A stretch of 64,000 nucleotides of DNA from Fidelibacterota bacterium (GTDB taxonomy: Bacteria > Fidelibacterota > UBA8477 > JABMPR01), in assembly GCA_024278595.1 (NCBI GenBank), contig JAJRSW010000099.1, positions 5,573-69,572 of the forward strand, in the 5' to 3' direction. The notes beneath the pieces were generated by a model. It worked only from the letters and a program-made list of their open reading frames with translations. It was not told where the DNA came from and did not search any database. Within the stretch, counting starts at the first letter, position 1. Each line of letters starts with the position of its first letter. Shown piece by piece: positions 59,625 through 64,000 of the stretch. A program made the position numbers and the translations under genes.

Positions 59625-60953
59625 TCATTCATATCCCGATGTGATCAAGTCAATCACCAATGCTGCCGTCCAGGAAAAGGAGTCGCTACCTAATCCCTGT
59701 CCTGTTTCCGGGTTGAAATACTCATAGAATCCGTTCTGCTCCACGAGTTGCAGTGTTTCATGAGCGAGGCGCCGAGCCAGATCAGCACGACCATACAATT
59801 CTAATCCTTTGATAATCATCCAGTTCATATTGATCCAGACCGGTCCCCGCCAGTAGCGCTGTGCATCGAACTTAGCACTGCCCCTGGACTGACTGCAAAT
59901 ACCCCAGCCCGACTCTGGCCAGAAATCTGGGGAGGCTAGTTTTGTGATCAAAAGTTCAGCTTGTTCCTGTTTGGGGATACCGGCGAACAGGGGCAGGAAC
60001 TGGCTGAGATTTTCAGAAATGATCGGTGCTTCGGTAGTTAGGTCAAGATCGTGGTAACGACCCAGGTCAGCATTCCAGAGGGTTGTCTTAATAGCTTCTT
60101 TGGTAGCTGCGATCTGGTCTTTAATTTTGTGGCAATCTTGCCCAATGATCCTGCCAATCTCTGCAAGCGCCTGCATGGACTTCAAGTGTAATACATTGAA
60201 CAGAATAGATTGAATATTAAAAAGCCCCAACGAGTAGATCTTTGCCTGATCCCACTGTTCCATGGCATAGCGCTGTACCAGATATGAATAACGACGATAC
60301 TCATCATCCGATGGTCTTTGACTGCCAGCGATCTTCTGATTATCCCGTCTCATGAACCTGGGTTGAAAGTTCAGATTGAAGTTATTCAACGGTTTATCCC
60401 AGTTGGTTGCATTATCCATACCGCTCTCCCAGGGATGACAGATGAAGGCTAATCCTTGCTGTAATGGATCACGCGCACTGAGTAAGAACTCAGTCTGAAG
60501 TAATAGATCAGCGTAGATGTCCGCCAAGAATAATCTGGCTGCCTGCTTGTGATCGGAGTTACGATAGACTTCCAGAGCGGCATGGGCCAGGATGGGGGGT
60601 TGGGTGATCCCGCTGGTACGGATGGTACTGGGAGCACCTGGAATAGCCGTTTTCCAGTACTCGGGGCCGGGATGATAATCGCTGGCTTCAGGGTTGAAAA
60701 CGATATGGGGGATCATTCCGTTGAACCACTGTGCTTTCAATAAGGTCCGAATTTCTGTCTGGGCCCGCAGTTCGTTCACATGCGCTAGACCGATGGCAAT
60801 AAAGGCTGAATCCCAATTCCATTGATGAGGATATAGCTGAGGTGCCGGTTTTGTTGAGCAGCCCAGATCATTGTTTGATAAGACGATCCGAGCCTGGTCT
60901 ACCAGTACATGTCGACTTGAATATAGCTGCATGCCGGTTCCTTTTTCTACCAT
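59625..60953 (-). CDS. GH63-like glucosylglycerate/mannosylglycerate hydrolase (MGH1-like)
   Basis: YPHQWNWDSAF, TQPP, HPWESGMDN, YWRGPVW, EYF, FSWTAA. Confidence 0.85.
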   Translation of the reverse strand: MVEKGTGMQLYSSRHVLVDQARIVLSNNDLGCSTKPAPQLYPHQWNWDSAFIAIGLAHVNELRAQTEIRTLLKAQWFNGMIPHIVFNPEASDYHPGPEYWKTAIPGAPSTIRTSGITQPPILAHAALEVYRNSDHKQAARLFLADIYADLLLQTEFLLSARDPLQQGLAFICHPWESGMDNATNWDKPLNNFNLNFQPRFMRRDNQKIAGSQRPSDDEYRRYSYLVQRYAMEQWDQAKIYSLGLFNIQSILFNVLHLKSMQALAEIGRIIGQDCHKIKDQIAATKEAIKTTLWNADLGRYHDLDLTTEAPIISENLSQFLPLFAGIPKQEQAELLITKLASPDFWPESGWGICSQSRGSAKFDAQRYWRGPVWINMNWMIIKGLELYGRADLARRLAHETLQLVEQNGFYEYFNPETGQGLGSDSFSWTAALVIDLITSGYE

Positions 60954-60987
60954 AACAAACTGATTGACTTCTAAACAAATATAAATA

Positions 60988-61007
60988 TATTTAAACCGAT
61001 TTAAATA
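60988..61007. promoter_or_regulatory. Putative LacI-family operator between divergent genes
   Basis: TATTTAAACCGATTTAAATA, a near-perfect palindrome with central CG; overlaps a TTGACT-16-TATATT promoter-like pair. Confidence 0.7.
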
Positions 61008-61026
61008 ACTTTAAATACATTTAAAA

Positions 61027-62043
61027 ATGAAGCCTACCATTAAAATGATAGCTGATGAGACTGGAGTTTCGACTGCCACGGTCTCACTTGTTCTGAATAA
61101 TCGGCCGGGTGTCTCAGCTGAAACCCGGGAACTGGTCCAGAAAACAATCACCGCGCTAAACTATTTCCCCAAGCGCTCAGCCAGTCAGTTAGCCCGTCAA
61201 CAAACCGGGAATATTGGCTTTATCATCTGGGAAGATCACTTTTCTGAGATAGAGATGTTTTACTCCCAATGTTTTCTTGGTATGGAACTGGCGACCCGGG
61301 ATAGCGATTATTATATCCTCTTGACAACGGTCAAGCTGGACTTCTCTATTCCTGCCAATCTGCCTCGATTTCTTAAATATGATGATGTTGATGGCGTCGT
61401 TCTCGCCGGACGGGTTCCCCACAATCTGGTCGCCCTGCTGGAAAAGCGTAAGATTCCCTTTGTTCTGCTCGATTATGAGATTCCAGGTAAGAATCATCAT
61501 AAAGTACTGGTAGATAACTACCAGGGAGCCTATACCGCCGTTCAGAAGTTGGCCAGTAAGGGGCGAAAAAACGTCGGTTATATTGGGGGGTCTGCAGATC
61601 ATCCATCCATCAAAGAACGATATCGGGCCTATCTGGCTGCTATTCACGATCTTGGTTTACATCCCAATGGGAACCCCCTGGACCTGGTGTATGCCCGTAC
61701 CAAGGAGATCACCCCTGAGATCGGTATTGAAGGGATAAAAGAGCTGTTGGCAAAAGACCTGCCTCTGGATGCTATATTCTGTGCCAACGACACTCTGGCT
61801 CTGGGTGTGCTGGAAGAATTGAAACGCCAGGAAATTGCTATTCCAGGTGAGATCGCTGTGGTTGGTTTCGATGATATTTATGCAGCCCGGTTTCATTCAC
61901 CACCCATGTCGTCCGTGCATGTACCGAAAATGGAATTAGGTAAGGAAGCCTTCAAATTGCTGGTAGAAGTCATTAATAATCCAAAGCAGATATCACAGAC
62001 TCGCACGATCAGTGTGAATTGTGTATGTCGGGAGACCTCCTGA
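61027..62043 (+). CDS. LacI-family transcriptional regulator
   Basis: TIKMIADETGVSTATVSLVLN HTH; AIFCAND, IAVVGFDD. Confidence 0.95.
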   Translation: MKPTIKMIADETGVSTATVSLVLNNRPGVSAETRELVQKTITALNYFPKRSASQLARQQTGNIGFIIWEDHFSEIEMFYSQCFLGMELATRDSDYYILLTTVKLDFSIPANLPRFLKYDDVDGVVLAGRVPHNLVALLEKRKIPFVLLDYEIPGKNHHKVLVDNYQGAYTAVQKLASKGRKNVGYIGGSADHPSIKERYRAYLAAIHDLGLHPNGNPLDLVYARTKEITPEIGIEGIKELLAKDLPLDAIFCANDTLALGVLEELKRQEIAIPGEIAVVGFDDIYAARFHSPPMSSVHVPKMELGKEAFKLLVEVINNPKQISQTRTISVNCVCRETS

Positions 62044-62047
62044 TCAA

Positions 62048-64000
62048 ATGGATCTATTAGCGAAGAATCCGTTCAAGATCGGGGTCAACTACTGGCCGGC
62101 ATCGACTGCTATCCAAATGTGGTCGAACTGGAATTCTGAAGAAATAGCAGCTGATTTCAGACAGATGAGCGGAGCAGGTTTTGATCTGGTTCGCTTTTTT
62201 CTTTTTACCCCCGACTTTGTCAAGAATGGCCAGGTCGACCCGCTTCAATTAGAACACTATGGAATCGTGCTGGAACACCTGGCAGCGGCTGGCCTATATG
62301 GCTTACCCACCCTGTTTGTTGGTCACATGTCCGGCCAGAACTATGGTGTCGATGGTTGGGAGGATGATGCTTTCTTTAATGACCCGGAAGTACTGGAACA
62401 ACAACAGGAATTTATCCGAGCGATTCTGAAAGCCTCGGCTAATTCGAAGTATATCGCTGGCTGGTCCCTGACAAATGAGATCCCCAATGAATTCCCAGGT
62501 AACAATACGGCTGAGGTAAGCGCCTGGTTCAGGACGATCAGCGCATTATTTCGTGATCTGGATCCACGACCTCTGGTAATTGGTGATGGTGTCTGGTCAC
62601 CTGAAATTACCGGAGCAAGCAGTCCAAATGCTCTGGAGCCATCGGCTAATTACCTGCTCAGTGAACTGGCTCCCCTTCAAGACACCCTGGGGGTCCATTT
62701 CTATCCCCGCTATGATGACTATTGGCCCCAAGCCTACACAGCCAGCTTTCGGATACTGATGGCCAGGTCCTGGAAAGATGATGTATTCCTGGAGGAATTT
62801 GGTCATTCCATTGCAATGGGCTCAGAAGAAAATCAAGCCCTTTACTATCGGGAAGTCCTGTTTAGTGCCCTTCAAGCGGGCGCCTCGGCAGCTCTGAATT
62901 GGTGCTGGACAGATTTCGAGAAACCAGATTTGCGACCCTATCTCCATAATACCTTTGAAATGCGATTTGGTCTGCGGCGCTCTGATGGCAGCTATCGACC
63001 TGCCCTGAAAGAGATGCAGTCCATCAGTCAGTTGTCAAGCGATCTGTTTGCAGCAGGATGGGAGCCGGCTGCTCGAGACAGTTGGTTCATTATACCGGCA
63101 TTCTACTATCATTCATACCCCTTTGACTGGGACCGGGACACGGATGAGAAATATAACTTATACCTACATACTTATGGCGCGCTGGCCAGTGCTGGTGCTA
63201 CACCCTTGTGTATTCATGAACCTGGTGTCGCGTATCGTACACAGGATCATGATAATTGTTTTACACATACTACCTCCTTTGGGCAAGTGCCGGCCACAAT
63301 GTGGCTCCCCGCTTTGAAACGGCTCAGTGCGCCATTTTGGCAAGAAATTCTGGACAATGTAAGCAAGGGAGCAACGCTTTACGCCAGCTTCGCTACCGAC
63401 CACTGGATGGTCGATCTGGATGAGATCCTGGGTATCAAATCAAATTTACGCTTTGGCTTACCTGAGTTTTATCCGGATAGCATGCTGACCATCTCCAGTC
63501 CCTGCTCATGGGGTCCTCTGGGAGATAAAACACTATCCATTCCACTGGGAGAACAACGCAACACACGCGCTTTGGGGTATCTTCCCTGTCAGTCGCTAAC
63601 AGCCGTAACCTTATTAGAGGATTCAGCAGGTCGGCCGCTGCTAATTCGCAAGAGTCTGGGCCAAGGCCATATCTATTATTCACTATTCCCGTTTGAAATG
63701 CTTATGACACTGAGTTGTGATGAAGCAGTACGATCATTTGTTACCACAATGTATGCCGGTATCAGGGAATCAGAAATGGAACAAGGCTCCAGTTGCCACA
63801 CAACAGCCGCTGAGTTCCTGCGCTATCAGCGCAATGCTGAGATCAAAGAATTTATATTTAACCATGCCTGGGAGCAGCGAGTTTTTCAGGTAGGGGTAAA
63901 GGATAGAAACAAACCCATTAAGAATATTCGGGTTGAATTGCCCCCGAAGTCTTTTTGTGAAGTCGATACAAGTCAATCCACAACAGCTGGAGTAAAGGTT
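62048..64000 (+). CDS. GH5-like (clan GH-A) beta-mannosidase/glycosidase, 3' end outside window
   Basis: Absent from the ORF track. Manual translation gives MDLLAKNPFKIGVNYWP, VRFFL, GHMSGQN, WSLTNE, HFYP, FLEEFG, WCWTDF, with the same frame open at 64000. Confidence 0.8.
   Translation, partial: MDLLAKNPFKIGVNYWPASTAIQMWSNWNSEEIAADFRQMSGAGFDLVRFFLFTPDFVKNGQVDPLQLEHYGIVLEHLAAAGLYGLPTLFVGHMSGQNYGVDGWEDDAFFNDPEVLEQQQEFIRAILKASANSKYIAGWSLTNEIPNEFPGNNTAEVSAWFRTISALFRDLDPRPLVIGDGVWSPEITGASSPNALEPSANYLLSELAPLQDTLGVHFYPRYDDYWPQAYTASFRILMARSWKDDVFLEEFGHSIAMGSEENQALYYREVLFSALQAGASAALNWCWTDFEKPDLRPYLHNTFEMRFGLRRSDGSYRPALKEMQSISQLSSDLFAAGWEPAARDSWFIIPAFYYHSYPFDWDRDTDEKYNLYLHTYGALASAGATPLCIHEPGVAYRTQDHDNCFTHTTSFGQVPATMWLPALKRLSAPFWQEILDNVSKGATLYASFATDHWMVDLDEILGIKSNLRFGLPEFYPDSMLTISSPCSWGPLGDKTLSIPLGEQRNTRALGYLPCQSLTAVTLLEDSAGRPLLIRKSLGQGHIYYSLFPFEMLMTLSCDEAVRSFVTTMYAGIRESEMEQGSSCHTTAAEFLRYQRNAEIKEFIFNHAWEQRVFQVGVKDRNKPIKNIRVELPPKSFCEVDTSQSTTAGVKV

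Noticed and set aside
62057..63976. Short ORFs listed in the last 2 kb
   Set aside because: Shadows of the GH5-like gene that runs off the window.

Overview
Chromosomal window from an anaerobic or facultative Gram-negative bacterium. FCB-group affiliation (Marinimicrobia-like) is inferred only from a 'YPNPFNPST' C-terminal sorting domain. Left to right: (1) an amino-acid fermentation island (1-16.8 kb) with a >1450-aa acyl-CoA ligase/kinase-like/GNAT-like chimera that runs off the left edge and is missing from the ORF track, gdhA, a Cys-rich TIM-barrel hypothetical, a receiver-PEP-synthase-like protein, ald, a frameshifted CoA-transferase and a 2-oxoacid:ferredoxin oxidoreductase; (2) housekeeping and transport genes, including cysE-cysK preceded by a Cys-Cys leader peptide; (3) a cobalamin-riboswitch-controlled btuB/btuG-like operon; (4) THUMP methyltransferase, typA, rnhA and a hybrid kinase with a VUT-like membrane input domain; (5) an ~10 kb putative biosynthetic locus with four B12-binding radical SAM enzymes, a methyltransferase, a bacterial-ceramide-synthase/YghO-like acyltransferase and a GNAT, converging on a PLP decarboxylase plus FeeM-like N-acyltransferase, which is the best candidate for an undescribed system; (6) a glycoside-utilisation locus (2H phosphoesterase, GxGYxYP, GH32, GH63, LacI, GH5-like running off the right edge). 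Intergenic regions hold two MITE families and several REP-like repeats. No rRNA, tRNA, CRISPR array or transposase was seen. All family assignments come from motif recognition by eye, with no database searches.
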